A stretch of DNA of 63,785 nucleotides, filler included, from Choristocarpus tenellus KU-1152 (GCA_964200185.2; 9 parts of 9 records of this genome joined end to end with filler, not necessarily neighbours in it); one strand, 5' to 3'. Numbered from the whole stretch's first letter, positions 12,275 to 26,066 are shown. Program-made: numbers and translations. Notes: generated by a model from the sequence alone, not told the origin.

Positions 12275-13653
12275 TTGACGTGTAAAGGTTGATGGTTTCT
12301 TGTATGGTCATATTGTTCCGCTGACTAAACCGCGATCTTTGTTCTATGTTTTATGAAAGGCGCGATTGGAGGCGTACTGCTGTATGTGGTATCTCTTTTT
12401 TAGTTTGAGTTTTGATGTTGGGTAGGCGTTTCTTTTTCTGTCGTCCTGTCCGTTTTTGCACACATGCAAGCAGCACAGCAAGTGAAGGATACCACCTGCA
12501 GGTGTTGGTGTTGGTGTTGGTGAGAGATGCTGAGTGTGCCGTGTGTGTAACCTGTCTTACAACCCCAAGAAATGAAAAGGCAGGGACTAGTGGCTCTTTC
12601 TAGTTGATTTTTTGTTGACACAAGCTGGAGAGTGAAGGTGGTAGTTTATTGCCCACACAAAAGCAAGAAGGAAAGAAAACTGCCTAGTAAGGATGTTGTG
12701 CCTTTTGAATGAAACTGAAGCATTTCAACCAAGTCTTTCACTAAGAGTAGAATGCTGATTGTGAAACCTTTTCTATCGAGGTTATTAATAGAATGATCAC
12801 TTCACTCCGCCACAGTGATGTAAGCACTGCTATTTACTGTCGTAAGCATTAGTAGTACTTGCTTTCAACTTGTGTAGAGTGCTGTGCAGATTGAAGTATC
12901 GATCACATTCTCACTTAGATTCAAAATGGGTAATGAGATGGATAGAGGTAAGTTACGGTCTAGCTTAAGACCTTGTGAATGTCCGGGTGGGCTGGTGGAG
13001 TCATTTGTCACATTACACAACGATCATTTCAACCTCAACTTATCACTGGTGATCGTCCAATATATATATATCAAGAGGAGGTCCCGATTCTGGAAAATGA
13101 ACTGTGGAAAGCAGTTTCAACACAAACTTGGGAGAAAGTAAGTATTTAAGAATAAATTCTATTCCGTACCAAGGATCTGTGTTAGGGTTGTTGTAGGTGT
13201 GGAGGACATTGTCTCTTGCAACACTTGCGATTTCCCCAGACAAGCATAGATGGAGACAAACTCCGTTTGCAAAACACCTGAGTTGTGCTTATTTATTTTT
13301 AGTCAAGGCACCCCGGTGGCCTCCATGACCACATGAGAGATGCTAATGCAAGGTTTGTTACATTTCTGTATTCTGGAGGACTTTTGTTGCCGGATCTGTT
13401 CCACTTTTTCCACCCTCATTGTTTTGTTCTTTGACCTCAGGTCCAAGCATGTTGTAAGTTGCTTCTGTCTCCTTGATGGAACTTGTGCAAGGTGTGTCTC
13501 GAGCAATATTTCACCATGCGCGAACAAATGTGCTAACAAATGTGCTAAATTCGATCAATCAATCAAATTAATCAATTGCAAGAGCAGTTGACTTGCCTTG
13601 TGTCAGCAGAAGTTTAAGTGGTTATATTTATAGGAGCAACAGCAAGAAACACA

Positions 13654-13691
<38 letters not shown>

Positions 13692-15142
13692 ACCAACTAC
13701 AACAACGATATCATCACATCAAGCTCTTACATCAAGATGCAATACTCACAGAGTGCGTTCCTGGGAGATGAGAATTTGTTCAGTCTCGTGCCACTGTTTC
13801 TGACACCAAATGCCTCTCTAAATGCACTGAACTCAGGCATAGCATGGTGAACAAGCACCCGCCTGTGTCTCACCGAGTGAAACATGAAGATGAACTGCGA
13901 AGAATAACGGCCAAGATCTTGCAGCTGGAAAAGTTAGAGGTGTGCGTGTCTGGATAGAGTGTGGGAGTGAGAGTTGTATTGGCTGTCCAGTTAATCAAGG
14001 TGCATCACAATTGCAATATGTGAGAATAAGTGTATTGATTTGTCCTTGACCAGGAGTGTCTTGTGGTTCCATTTTCTCTTTCCCTACCGGCAACCAGTAC
14101 TGGTTGCCAGTAGGCTGCTTTTTTCTTGTCTAAGACATGAAGTCATGAAGCCCGACCTATGACATCCCCAGTCAATGGCACCCTCCCTTCATTCATTCCT
14201 TCCCCTGCCCTGTCTGACCTTGTGGATGGCCTGCTCATGTCTGATGTGACAACCCCATCCTGTGGGTAGAACACCCGAGGACGCCTCCTGACAATGGACG
14301 AGGTCAAGCTGGTGAGAGAAAGAGGGGGGGGGGATTTTCAAGATCTGAAGTTTCAAAAGATCAATCTATGAGTTTGTCTTCAATCCCGGAAGGATGTGAA
14401 TCATTTTTTGAATGGTTTTTTGATTTTTCCACATGTTTTCCTTTCTTGTTCTCACTCTTAGAAGAGTTGAAAGCTAACGTCTCTGAAATACAATAACGTT
14501 ATCCTTGTTTTGTATGGTATTGCAGACGAAACATATTTTCTTTGTGACCTCTATTACTAAAGAATGGACAACAATATATTGCCTTCATGTCTGAGGGCGG
14601 TGAGATGATATTATCAGCACAGGAGGTGCTTTGTTCCAGCTTGCTTGGCAGTACGGCAGAGTCTATCGCAATGAAAGAATATTTAATACACTACGCTAAA
14701 TTGTCTGTATAAGATGTCAATCACTGTGGCCTAGCATGTAATACCAGTGCTTGGGTGATGCCTCAAAGTGCCCGGGATTTGAACCTTTGTAGGTGAGAAT
14801 AAATTTCCATGAAAAAAATCTGGTTCCGATGGTTGCCACACAGCTACTTCGCTTGGTGCAAGTAGTGCACAAAGTTTTCCTTGGTACAGGCTTACAATGG
14901 GGAAGCCCAAAAGCATAAAATGTGGTGGCCGTTAATTCATTTGACTCTATGGGAAGTGGAGCGATGACCCCATTGAATGTTTTGCTCCTTTGCGGTGAAT
15001 GAAAGGAGTAATATGTAGCCACAAGTAGTAGTTTGGTAGGAGTATTGGGGGGGTAAGAGTTGCTACTCTCTGTATGTGAAGGTATAACTTGACTATAGGA
15101 TTATTGTTATGTTGTGTTTGTCTGTATCTTTTTTTTGTTTAG

Positions 15143-15249
15143 GTGGGGAGTAAGGGGGAACTGTTGGATCGGGCAAAGGTCCTGGAGCAGGACTCTAGGG
15201 GCTGGTTTGAGGAGGATGGAGAGTTCGAGGAGAGGCTCAAGGAAGTCAA
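15143..15249 (+). CDS. Putative exon, unknown protein
   Basis: Polypyrimidine tract + AG, GTGAG donor; VGSKGELLDRAKVLEQDSRGWFEEDGEFEERLKEV; phase-compatible with 16042. Confidence 0.55.
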
Positions 15250-16041
15250 GTGAGATTTTTTTTACTCTTGTATTTAAGAAAGGAACAAGAGTAAGATAAA
15301 CAGCTATCGATGTAGAGCTACTTGTTTTACTTGATAGCTTTTTGATTGCATGTATCTTTTTTTTGTGTTATGAATTGAAGGTTTTGATTTAGTCGGGTTC
15401 TCATGCATATGTGCACTGCACACTCTGCTTGAAATGTCCACTCAACGCCTTTTGTTTCTTGCACTGTGTGCAAATTTTGATTATATTCAAGCAAAGCTCT
15501 ACAATGTATGGTGCAATTTGATCGCGATTTTGTTCGTGAGCACGATACGTTCCCGTTCACAAGATTATTTATCTGTTGCCCACTTTGGAATATTTTCAAC
15601 ATGTTTGTGGTAGAATTGGTCTACCTTTTTTCGTCGCGGTGTCTTTCTGAAGTTGAACTGATGCAGTGATACCTGGAGGTGATTCTACCTTGCTTTTGGT
15701 CTCACAAACTGTTTCTCTTTCTCCATTGTACTGTGTGGACAATCAGCTTCTGCCGCTGCCACAGCAACCCCGGTTTGCACATGTTTGTGCAAAAGATGAA
15801 GAATGCAAGCTTTTTCTGACAAAAGGTCAACACACTTTTCGAGTGTGATATTTTTTATGCATTGGTTGCAAGTTGCAAGCTGTTCTCCCTCGCCACTCCT
15901 TTTTCTGCAACCTTGGTCCTCCCCCCTCCCCCTCCCCCTCCCCCTCCCCTTCCCCCTCGTTTTTATATGTGGTTGATATAAAGTGTTCATGGTCGTGTTC
16001 CTTTGACCTTGATGCACATGGTTGTCCTTCCACCTCTGCAG

Positions 16042-16170
16042 GAAACAAGGTCAGCGCCTAGCAGTAAAGGCCGCAACTGCTGCCAAGGGACGTGGAAAGA
16101 CTACTGCAGGAAGGGGTAGTGCACGAACCATGGCTATGGATAGCGATGGTTGGAACCGTGTCAAAAAAAG
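16042..16170 (+). CDS. Putative exon, unknown protein
   Basis: CTGCAG| acceptor, |GTA donor; KQGQRLAVKAATAAKGRGKTTAGRGSARTMAMDSDGWNRVKK. Confidence 0.55.
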
Positions 16171-19100
16171 GTATACCAAGATTAAATATACTTCCAGTGT
16201 ACAGGAGGGGGGGGGGGTGTTGCCTTGAGGCAACATACGTGTATACTCCGTATATGTAATTCTTTCCTCAGTTAATGTGATCAATACTCAATGCTATTGT
16301 TGCATTAGAATGCTTGGTAAAGTTTGGCCTGTAAAGTCTTACATTTAGAATAACGCCGAGAGTCATTTTGCTCTAGATTGTCTGGCGTCTTGGACGAGAC
16401 AATTAGGGTCATTTTCTCTGTATCAACCATTGTCCAACAAGACGTTCAGAACCTATGTGCACTATAATGCCCATTACTTGAGATGCTTGGGGCTATATGC
16501 TCTTTGATCCACTTCTATATATATGGGATGAATAGGTGTATTTTTTTACCTCTTTGGACATCATCCATTACCTCAACTTTAATGAAATTGAGATACCCCT
16601 GCACCACCATGGCAACAGTCATGTAACCCTGGCTAGGTATTACAGTGGTATCTGGATATCTTGTAGCAGGTCTTCTTATCATGTTACGGCTATTTGTGAT
16701 AAATACAGTGTATCCCCTACGTTACAGACCAAGAGGAATAGATGCAGCAGAGTATGTTTACTGCAAACTATTTCGATGAACATGAGTTGCATTTAAGTTG
16801 TGAGTACAACAAAGTACTAGCATGTTGTTCACCCCAATATAACTCCTTCCCTGTCCTTCACTGTTGCCACAATCTCTCACCTGTCTTGGTAATCGCATGT
16901 CACTGGGCTTGCACAATTGGCACAATTAAATTAGGTGAAGAGTTTGTGGCCACCCCAGTTTGCAATGTTGGCCCCCTCAAATGGGTCCATTTTTCCCTCA
17001 TCTCCGTTAGAGGTACTCCTTTGGATGCATGCACCAAAATGTGGGAGGAACTTTGGTGGGATTGGAAGAGAGCCGAAAAAGATGTACTCTCAACCTCATG
17101 TGCGAACTGGAGGGTTGTGTGGTTTTAGGTGCTGGATGGTGGGATGTTTGCGTTGGATGTGTTGAGGTCTACTTGTGTAGGAAACCTTTGTTCAACCAAA
17201 CAGTACTGATCCAAGAAGGAGGCTTGTTTCCTTACTCTATACAGTAGCATTTGTACAGCAACTATTCATCTGTTTGCGCCACATGTGTATGTGTGTTTTT
17301 GGCAGTTTCTTGGTCCAATCATACCTTTTTTTGGTTCAATTATCAATGAACAGTCTGGTCCCTCTGTTGGTTGCTCACAATGTTGTGGTTGAAGGGTACT
17401 GTCAACTTGTATGTGTGGATATGCATGATGGACACATCTCTGATGGTGATGGAAGATGCTATGTTAGATTTTGGGTTGTTAGGGATAGTGCCGTCTGTGC
17501 CTGCTGCTGTGTGCTCCTGTCCGTTGTTCCATGAGAGAATTTCTAGTATCGTGAAAGGTGTGTGAGAAGATTGATGATGTGTGCGTGAAGGGAATGCCGA
17601 ATTTCTCATAGACAACCAATGCACACGTCGATATACTTTTGCAACTAGTTGTGACATTATTGTTTCTTGGTGTTTTTGTATGCTGTGCAAGTTGTGCTGT
17701 CATGCTTGCTATGTGACTTGTTTATCTCTGATTATGCTTGACAAAGTCGGTACATATTCATGTGTGATGTGTTTTTATGTGAGTGTGTATGGTTGTCTAC
17801 ATTAGTTCTTGAGCATCCTTCCCCTTCTGTGGGAGCACTCTGGATTGATCCTTGCATTGGAGTTCCTCGAACCTGGGCAATGGTTATGTAGTGGCTGTCG
17901 CAACAGGTGGAGCGGGATTCAATAGTAGTAGCAGTAGAGGTGTGGAGAGAGATACCAATCCTTTTGTGAGGCATATCATCTGCCTTCAAATTGATACGGT
18001 GATACAAAGATCCAGTGTTTCATTTCATCCTCGTCAAGGACTTTCGAGTCTGTGGTGATTGCATTCATGTATGTGTAGAGCAAGTGATGGCAGGGGTAGG
18101 TCTGTGTGCAGCTCCACTCTGCACACTGCAAACAACTACCAATTAACACTTTATATACAGTAAATTGTTGTGGAACCTGACAGCACAACAAAGATGATAA
18201 GTGAGCACGCCTTTCATTCAAAGAGGGTGACCAAGTGTATGTTTATGTATGTTCCACATGATGACTCATTACCACCCACTTAGTGGTCTGCTGCGGAGCC
18301 CTTCGGTGTGGGACAATTATGCCATACCATACAGAGCTAGCAGTCAGGGCGTATTTTCGATGGAGGTGATTTTCATTCAGTTTATATTTAGAGACTTTGA
18401 GCGTTCAGATCATGTTAGGCAACCTCTACTTCATTTTGGACCCATATCATTATCTGAAGATAGATACGTGGCACTTTAAAACATCTGACAAGGTGTTCTG
18501 GTCCAAAGTATCTGGGGGGGAGGGGGNNNNNNNNNNNNNNNNNNNNNNNNNNNNNNNNNNNNNNNNNNNNTTAATTAATTAANNNNNNNNNNNNNNNNNN
18601 NNNNNNNNNNNNNNNNNNNNNNNNNNGGGGGGGAAGTCACACTCACGTCAAAAAAAAAACTAAGTGTGTACATCGATGCCTTTTATTTGTTTGTGAAAAG
18701 GAACTTGATTTTGTGGGTTGCTCTGTCTTGATCTGTAGATAGACATACAAAAAAAAATCTTTACATTTTTGGAATCGGAAATCATAGATTCCTAGAGGGG
18801 TTTTTTGTCATTTTTGTCTCCTCATCTACCAAAAAAAAAAAAGAGACTTCTTATCAGTTGTTTTTTCTTCCATCTAACAAAATATATGTTCATTACCTTT
18901 TCCCCAACGGGTCAAAACCTTTCATACATCGATCTTTTTTGAGAAGAAATTAAATTAAAATAAATTAAATTAAATTGACCCTAAAAAAAAAGAATGGCTC
19001 TTTTTTTTTAAAGAAAAAGAGTCTCCTCAAAAATTGAGCTGGGAATTGTTGATTGTTTGATTGATTGTTTGATTGTCGATTCTTGCTGTGCATGACGACA

Positions 19101-19268
19101 AAGACCCTTGTGCAGATTGAGAACTAGTAGCTGCTGGGGGTACATGTGGCTTTTTTGACCGCTAGCCATCTGCCACGGTTAGAGGGTCCATCTTCAACTT
19201 CGGGCGAGAAAGGGACCGTTCTTGATTTTTTTTGCAACATTTCAAGGACCTTGTGTTTCCTACCTACT

Positions 19269-19527
19269 TGTCCAGACCAGGTCATCCAAGTATTGGAACC
19301 CGTGTGGACCAGACAGGTTCCGAGATTTTCAGATGTGTCCAGACCAGGACCTTTAAGTATTGGAACCTTTTTGGACCAGACAGGTTCCAAGATTTTTGGA
19401 CATGTCCAGACCAGGTCCTTTAAGTATTGGAACCTTTGTGGACCAGACAGGTTCCAAGATTTTTGGACATGTCCAGACCAGGTCCTTTAAGTATTGGGAC
19501 CTGTGTGGACCAGACAGGTTCCAATAC
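19269..19527. repeat. 67-bp tandem repeat, about 3.9 copies, hairpin-forming unit
   Basis: Units start at 19269, 19336, 19403 and 19470; each contains TTGGAACC...GGTTCCAA or a close variant. Confidence 0.9.
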
Positions 19528-20544
19528 TTTTTGTATGTGTCTTGGACCAGGATCATCATTCAGAGATTGTATGTGGACTGGAAAAAAGACCATCCTGCAA
19601 CTATGTTGTGACAATAGTACAAGGTCTGCCGGGTTCTCTCCTAATAACATTTCTTACAGTAGTGAGTACGGTAGTGGGCTGAAGGGGTATATATATATAT
19701 ATATACAACACTTGTTATTCCCACATGTATTTAGGACTAGTTGGGACACATTTTCGACCGGACTGGGTTGGATTAAATTATATATTTTTTTTCCGTGATG
19801 ATATTTCAATATGTGACCGGACTGCACACCGAACCGGTACCAACATGTTCTATCAGTACCGGTCCATGGGTTCGACATGACCGGACTGCGGTCCGGCCTA
19901 GTCCCAATATATTCTCACCAGGCCTGTCTGTGTGTCCATGGCCATCAACTCTTTTCATTGTGTCCGGACTGGCAGTCGTGTTAACTGCTCAGACCGATGT
20001 GAATTCCCTGTTGAGAGGTGAGGACGTGAGGGAGGGGCAAACCCCACCTGTTTTGTTGGGGTCTTGACACCGAGAGGATCGAAGTGATCGTGTGGAGGTA
20101 GAGGGGCTCTTTTTTTTGTTTTAATTTTTTAATACATTTTTTAAAAATTCCGCCCTAGTGGTAAAAAAAATAAATAGTATATTGGTCTTGTTCATAAAAA
20201 TATTAAAATACATCGGCGGAGGTCAAACAAAACAGTACAGTTCTACTAAATAAAGTACTTTCGAGTGGTAAAATAATAAATAATAATATATGTAATATAT
20301 ATATTTTCGAGTCTTTTTTTTTTTAAGGTTGATTGAGTTCAAGAGTCGGTGTGAAGTGCTAGCGGAACTGTTTAGATTTTTTTTGTTAATAAGAAAATGT
20401 GAAGACTGAAACAAAAAATGGAACGTATTTTGAAAAAATATAACTTATTTTATTTTTGTATGGAGATCGAGTGGGTCTTGTACACTACTCTCTTTGAAAC
20501 AGGATACGTCCTTCCGACTGGTAAGTAGGAATAGAGTATTTATG

Positions 20545-20745
20545 TAGTCGGTAGGAAGAAAAGTTGTGCAGTAAATCGGAAGAAAATGTTTGTTAAGTAG
20601 GTAAGAACACACTTCCGCGTAGTGTGTAGGAAGAACATTTTTGTATGGTCAATAGGAAGAAAATGTTTATTTAGTAGGGTAGGAAGAAAATGTTTGTTTA
20701 GTAGGGTAGGAAGAAAATACTTCCGCGTAGTATGTAGGAAGAAGA
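20545..20745. repeat. Degenerate ~27-bp tandem repeat (GTAGGGTAGGAAGAAAATGTTTGTTTA-like)
   Basis: TAGGAAGAAAA recurs at roughly 27-bp spacing. Confidence 0.65.
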
Positions 20746-20941
20746 TAATTGCTTGTGTAGCGGTTTTAGCGAGATAAATAAAGAACGATTTTCCCACACA
20801 CAAACGCACACACACAAGTAAGTGCACCTTTCTTTTTTTTTTCTCAATCCTCCTTTTTTTGTCACACCTACTCTTTTTTTTTCATCCTTTTTTATTTTTT
20901 ATTTATTTGTGTCTGTGTGTCTGTGGTGGTGTGGGGAATAG

Positions 20942-21090
20942 CCTTTCCGATTTGAGGGTGCTCACCGAATGCGCCTGGCGGAGGAGGGTCTGATGTATCT
21001 CAAGGATACAGTGGATACACTGATAGTCATACCTAACCAGAACCTCTTCCAGCTGGTGGAGAAGCAGACGTCTCTCATGGACGCCTTCAG
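20942..21090 (+). CDS. ftsZ: FtsZ GTPase internal exon, mitochondrial (alphaproteobacterial) type
   Basis: AG|...|GT borders; PFRFEGAHRMRLAEEGLMYLKDTVDTLIVIPNQNLFQLVEKQTSLMDAF. Not in the ORF track. Confidence 0.9.
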
Positions 21091-22209
21091 GTTAGGTTGT
21101 GGAGGAGGTTGTGTTTTGTTGAACTAGATCCTTTTTTTTGGGGGGGGGGGGGGGGGGCAGGGGCGGGGGCGGGGGGGGGGAGCTTTTTTTTTTCTGTGGT
21201 GGCTTTAGGTTACACTGTATGGTTTGAATCTACACTCTGCTGGAATGCCCTATGGAGTGCTCTGGAGTGTTTGTGGTTGCTCTGGGAATGTGCCTTTCTA
21301 TCTGTGTTTTCGTAATGCATGTACGGCTGAGTCATAGATGTAAAAGACAATAGTAGTTCATTCACAACGTTTATTTCATGCAGCTGGCTGTTGCACTAAC
21401 TAGACCTGAAGGACTGTCTTGAAATATTGATTTTATTTTTATTTTTATTGGTGGCAGTAACGGTATCGTCTATTTTTCGTTTTTCCGCCTTTTGGCCCTG
21501 TTTTGGTGACATCATGAAAAATAATATTTGAAAATGCTTAAGAAGAACCTTTTTTTATCTCCCGAGTAGGTTGTGTCGTGCGAGCTTTTTCAGGGCTAGG
21601 GTTAGGGACGTGATAGATTTTTCCCAATTGTGTATACATTGAAAAAAAAAATGAGGTTGGTAGTAGTGTTGTATGTTTGAAGAGTTGTAAAGTCTAGGAA
21701 TAAGAGTAAACGTAGCCAAAAAGGCCTTCATCGAAAGTCTGTTTCAGATAACCAATCGGAAGCTCTATCAATACCAACCCATCTTCGGCAAGGTACCCTT
21801 TGGACCTACTGCAGTTTCGATCAAAAGCAGAGGGGGGGGNNNNNNNNNNNNNNNNNNNNNNNNNNNNNNNNNNNNNNNNNNNNTTAATTAATTAANNNNN
21901 NNNNNNNNNNNNNNNNNNNNNNNNNNNNNNNNNNNNNNNTTTTCCTGGTTTTGGCCCAAATGGACACCCGCGTGTAGACCCCCCCCCCCCCAGATACTTA
22001 GGGTCAATCCATACATCAACTTTCTACACATACATGCCTCCTGATATTCTCATTGCACATGAATTGGGCCATGGATATGTCCTTCACGGTCAGAAAGACC
22101 ACTATTTATCCATAGAACATAAAACTTCACCTTCAACATTCTGCATACATTTTCCCATAGAGTAATAGCTGGCGGCCATATAAAGTGGCAGGTAAACTAG
22201 TACAGCACA

Positions 22210-22540
22210 TAATGGACATGGTCTGAACATGTCAAAATGAAGTTAGACTGGTCAATGGGAATGGTCCAGACAATTTAGAGAATGTTAGATACACCCAGAC
22301 CTACAGACATAGACCTGCAACCAACACCTAACGGGTATGGTCCGGACACCGGCCATTGGGCATGGTCCAGATATGTTAGAGAATGTTAGACCTAGCCTGA
22401 CCTGCAGACATGGACCTGCCAAACACCCAGTGAGCATGGTCAGGACATGTTAAAGAATTTTAGACCCGGCCTGGTTGGCTGATACAGACCTGCTGCACAT
22501 ACTCAGAGGACATCGTCTGGACATCTTAGATAATGTTATG
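22210..22540. repeat. Degenerate tandem repeat, ~74-bp unit (ATGGTCCAGACA...GAATGTTAGA...GACCTGC)
   Basis: The motif recurs near 22261, 22362, 22436 and 22511. Confidence 0.6.
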
Positions 22541-22626
22541 TTTGTCTCAGCTCGTGGATGGATGCTCACTGGGTCATGCCAGAGAACTGTGGGACTGAAT
22601 GGCCTCGCCAGGACCTTTTTAATTCG

Positions 22627-24730
22627 TTAACTCAGTGAAAAACACTGACGATTTTTGAAAAAGCAATCCACTTTGGAAAACAAAAGGCTCAATGATATAC
22701 CACTAGCCTCCAACATTCGACCAAATTTGACCTGTGACAAAAATATGTGTTCATGACCAAGTTTGAGTCGTCTTGTTCGTAACTGTCCATTGTGGACAAC
22801 ATTCCGGGGCCAGTTGTAATATAACATCCATTGCCTGAGGCAATGTTCAGCACCCTGTGCTCTTAAAAGTCTGTTGAATGGAACACCTTCAGTTTTGTTT
22901 GCAGAGTACCTTGATAGAAAGCAGTAAATGAAACCTTGATAAAAAGCAGTAAATGAAAGAAGTTGAGCACGTGAGAGAAGAGCAACGGAGAAGGGGAAAA
23001 AGGAGAGTAGTTGTCTGTTGTGCTCACTTATAACGCCCACTGTCCTGTACAACACCTGAGGCCATTCACTCTTTTATCAATAACGTTGATTTCCAGGGGA
23101 GCATTCAGGGTCAATAGCTCCATAAAATTCATTGTTCAGTCAACACTTGAGCCACTTCGGTGTGTAAAATTCATGGTCTAGGACAGTGCTCAGGGTCACT
23201 TACCCCATATTGCCCATTGCTTGGCAAACTCTTGACCATTTCAGTCCATGACGCATGTTATCCAGGAAAACACCTCCAACCTTGTGCTCTATAATGTCCA
23301 TTGTGTGGGCGAAACTTTGTGATGTAGTATAATGCAAAAAACGCCAAGTTTTGACATACAAGCCTCATGCTTTCCAAGGTTAAAGCAATCAACAACAACA
23401 GAGCATGTCAAGCATATAGACACAAGGAAGGTTGGGCAGGGTAACACAATATTCTAGGACACTTACTCCACCCAACCGATCAGCTCACCTCAAACATGGG
23501 CGAGGTACTTGAGGGTTTCTTGAAAGGGTGCCTTGTAGATCTCAGGCATCTGCTAATACAAGTCCATCCTAAATCACCACATTTGACTCCATCAGTACAT
23601 CATCACCAGGAGCAACAGTGAGAGGTGCTCCCTCCTGAGTTTGGCACTGCAGGAAGACTATGTGATTGACGTATTGTGAGTGTTCAAAGGTCAAGCAAAG
23701 CCCCTGTTTCTCAGGGAAACTGACTACCTCCCTATCAAACCCATCATTTTAAACAGTATTCCTTTAGGCAGGTTGTATACAGACAGTTGTGGGGAGATTG
23801 TGGCAGGCCTCCTTCCACAGCATCACAATGAGGTGATGGTTGGCAGGTTACAGGTGTTCAAAGCTTGCTGCAACCTACATTTCACAAGGAACTTGACTGC
23901 GACCAACCCACACTGATTCATCCTGTGTGAAAACAACCTTAAACCTCTCGCTCATATACATATACTTGGTGCAATTCATACAAAGTGCATAGATCTCTAT
24001 AATTGTCCTGAATGGTCTTCAATGCGACCACATTTGTACTTTTTGAGGGTTCACACATTAAACCATACCCTAGTACGTGGAGCACATTTGTTGAGTATAT
24101 TTGGCATCGTGGACCTGGTGCAAGGAACCATTGCACAGCAGCCAATCTGTCTTAACATGATTACCACACGTATGTACCGGCAGACTCTCTTAGAGGTACA
24201 TGAGGGACTCTCTTAAAGGTACACGGGGGACAAGACGATTCTCGAAACATACCCACTGCAGTTAACTCAAGACATAGGTTATACTCTCAAAATAACGCCT
24301 ACAGTGACATACTTGACTATATGACAGTATATGGAGATAACTACTGCTTCAAAAGTACTGTGATGTGAGCACAATAGGTGATCTGTCTTAGTAGCGCTCC
24401 TTTAACAAAAGAACGGATCAACTTGCATATTGCATGTATGCTACATGTCTCGCATGTTTCCCTTGAATCACCCTTCAACAGTACACCAACAAATATCAAG
24501 AAACATTTTCCCCTTAACTGTCTTGCATCAATCAACCTCAGCTGTCTTTCAGGGTCTTGAACCCAACTATTTGCTGCACACAAGCCTCTACACACGCTAC
24601 AAAGCAACTGATGCGGATAAAATACCAACACAGCAAATGGGACTAAAAATTTATAATGTATCCACTCAAAGTATCTTCGGCCTTCACCTACTGTGATACC
24701 CTCCCACACAATTACTCCCAACTGGTTCAA
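22627..24730 (-). pseudogene. Intronless decayed transposase-like relic (unclassified, DUF6729-like by recalled motifs)
   Basis: Colinear fragments: CSVC cysteine cluster, EDHS...KVVFT.MNQCG, RMDLY.QM, YCFLSRYSANKTEGV...GHEHIFL. Many frameshifts. Confidence 0.4.
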
Positions 24731-25282
24731 ACTGAATAGTTGGTCAACACCTCATCAAGCCACATTCCCTAAATATCTAGCTCCTACAACTGAGCAACTC
24801 TTGGAATAGCTGCCGCATGAGAGACATGTAATGATTTTCACAGGCAGCTCCAGAGAGCCTGGTCACTTCAGCGAAGTAAGTACGTTTTGAAGGGATAGTG
24901 GCATGCTCTCAATACATATTCATGAGTAGTCATACATGGAAGTAAAGGATGGACGCCTTCTTACACATGTTGTAACATCAACACCCACCGCAACTGTCCC
25001 GTGCTACAAGGTGGGATTGCTACGGATTACCTTAACACTCAACTTCACACACAACCTAATGAACATAGAACACAAAGGTAGAACAAATGCAACACAACCC
25101 ACACAGAAAAAACGCGTATATACACAAACTTACGGAAGCAAGGGTGCCACAAAAACGAGGGGCAGATGTGAAGGGGGTCTAGCTCACCACATCCAAACCC
25201 AACCCAACCACAAACCAAACACTTCATCCAAGGAGGGTTCTGCCTGGCAGAAATACAGGAGCACAATCACTTAACAAATGTG

Positions 25283-25490
25283 TCAAAGGTCAGGATCATC
25301 CTCATCCTCGACTGCTGCAAACATGGTAGACCCTGACCCAAGCGAGCCTGACGCTGCCTCTGCTGCCACCTGACTGGCAGTTCCCCTTATTTTTTCATGG
25401 GGATGTGCTGGTGGATATACCTCTTTGACCATGCCTGCTCCCCGCTCAGCCTCTTCCTGAGTGTACTGCTCCTGAGCTACATCTTTCATC
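25283..25490 (-). CDS. ZNF593: Zinc finger protein 593 / Bud20, exon 3
   Basis: MKDVAQEQYTQEEAERGAGM...EDEDDPDL*, in phase with exon 2. Confidence 0.9.
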
Positions 25491-25880
25491 CTGTGAGAGC
25501 AGCAGCATCGGGGATGTGGGGGAATACACATCCCCAGCATGAGGGGTGAGGTACTCATCCGCCTCAATCTGCGCCAAAATACATTAGACAAACAAAGAGT
25601 ACACAGCTTTTGCCAGCCATATTTTCAACACCAAAATCATCTCTTGCGTGGTAGTGAAATCAAGTTCACCAATCAAGAAATCAATCCTCAAAAATCAGTC
25701 CACACAACAAAAAACCCTCGAAATCAATCTGCACATAGAACTGGCCCACAAGTTTATAGACTGCGCAGGTCTGCTGAAGGGCTCCCAAATAAGAGGCTAG
25801 GGTTCCTCATAACCCTAACCCTACCCTAACCCCATCCCTGACCTTCCAGCTTGATATCAAGATAACTCCCATCACCTCAC

Positions 25881-26066
25881 CTACGCTTGTGCACTTTGGA
25901 CTTGACATGTCGGTCAAGGGGCTCCTGTTCCGAGAAGTGTCTTGCACACGGGGTGCAGTAGAACTGACCTTGTCCTGGCAGGTCATCATCCAACTCAAAC
26001 TCCATCTTCTTCCCCTGCTCCTCCTCCACCTTGAGCTCGTCCTGTATTTGGTCCACATCTTTGCGC
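25881..26066 (-). CDS. ZNF593: Zinc finger protein 593 / Bud20, exon 2
   Basis: RKDVDQIQDEL...DDDLPGQGQFYCTPCARHF...HVKSKVHKRR is the Bud20 C2H2 signature; canonical splice sites. Confidence 0.93.

Noticed and set aside
16600-18250. Coding-like decayed region, possibly a non-LTR element relic
   Set aside because: No diagnostic motif could be reconstructed by eye.
19269-19527. CRISPR-like array (palindromic repeated unit)
   Set aside because: Units are contiguous and near-identical along their whole length, with no unique spacers and no cas genes, in a eukaryotic context.
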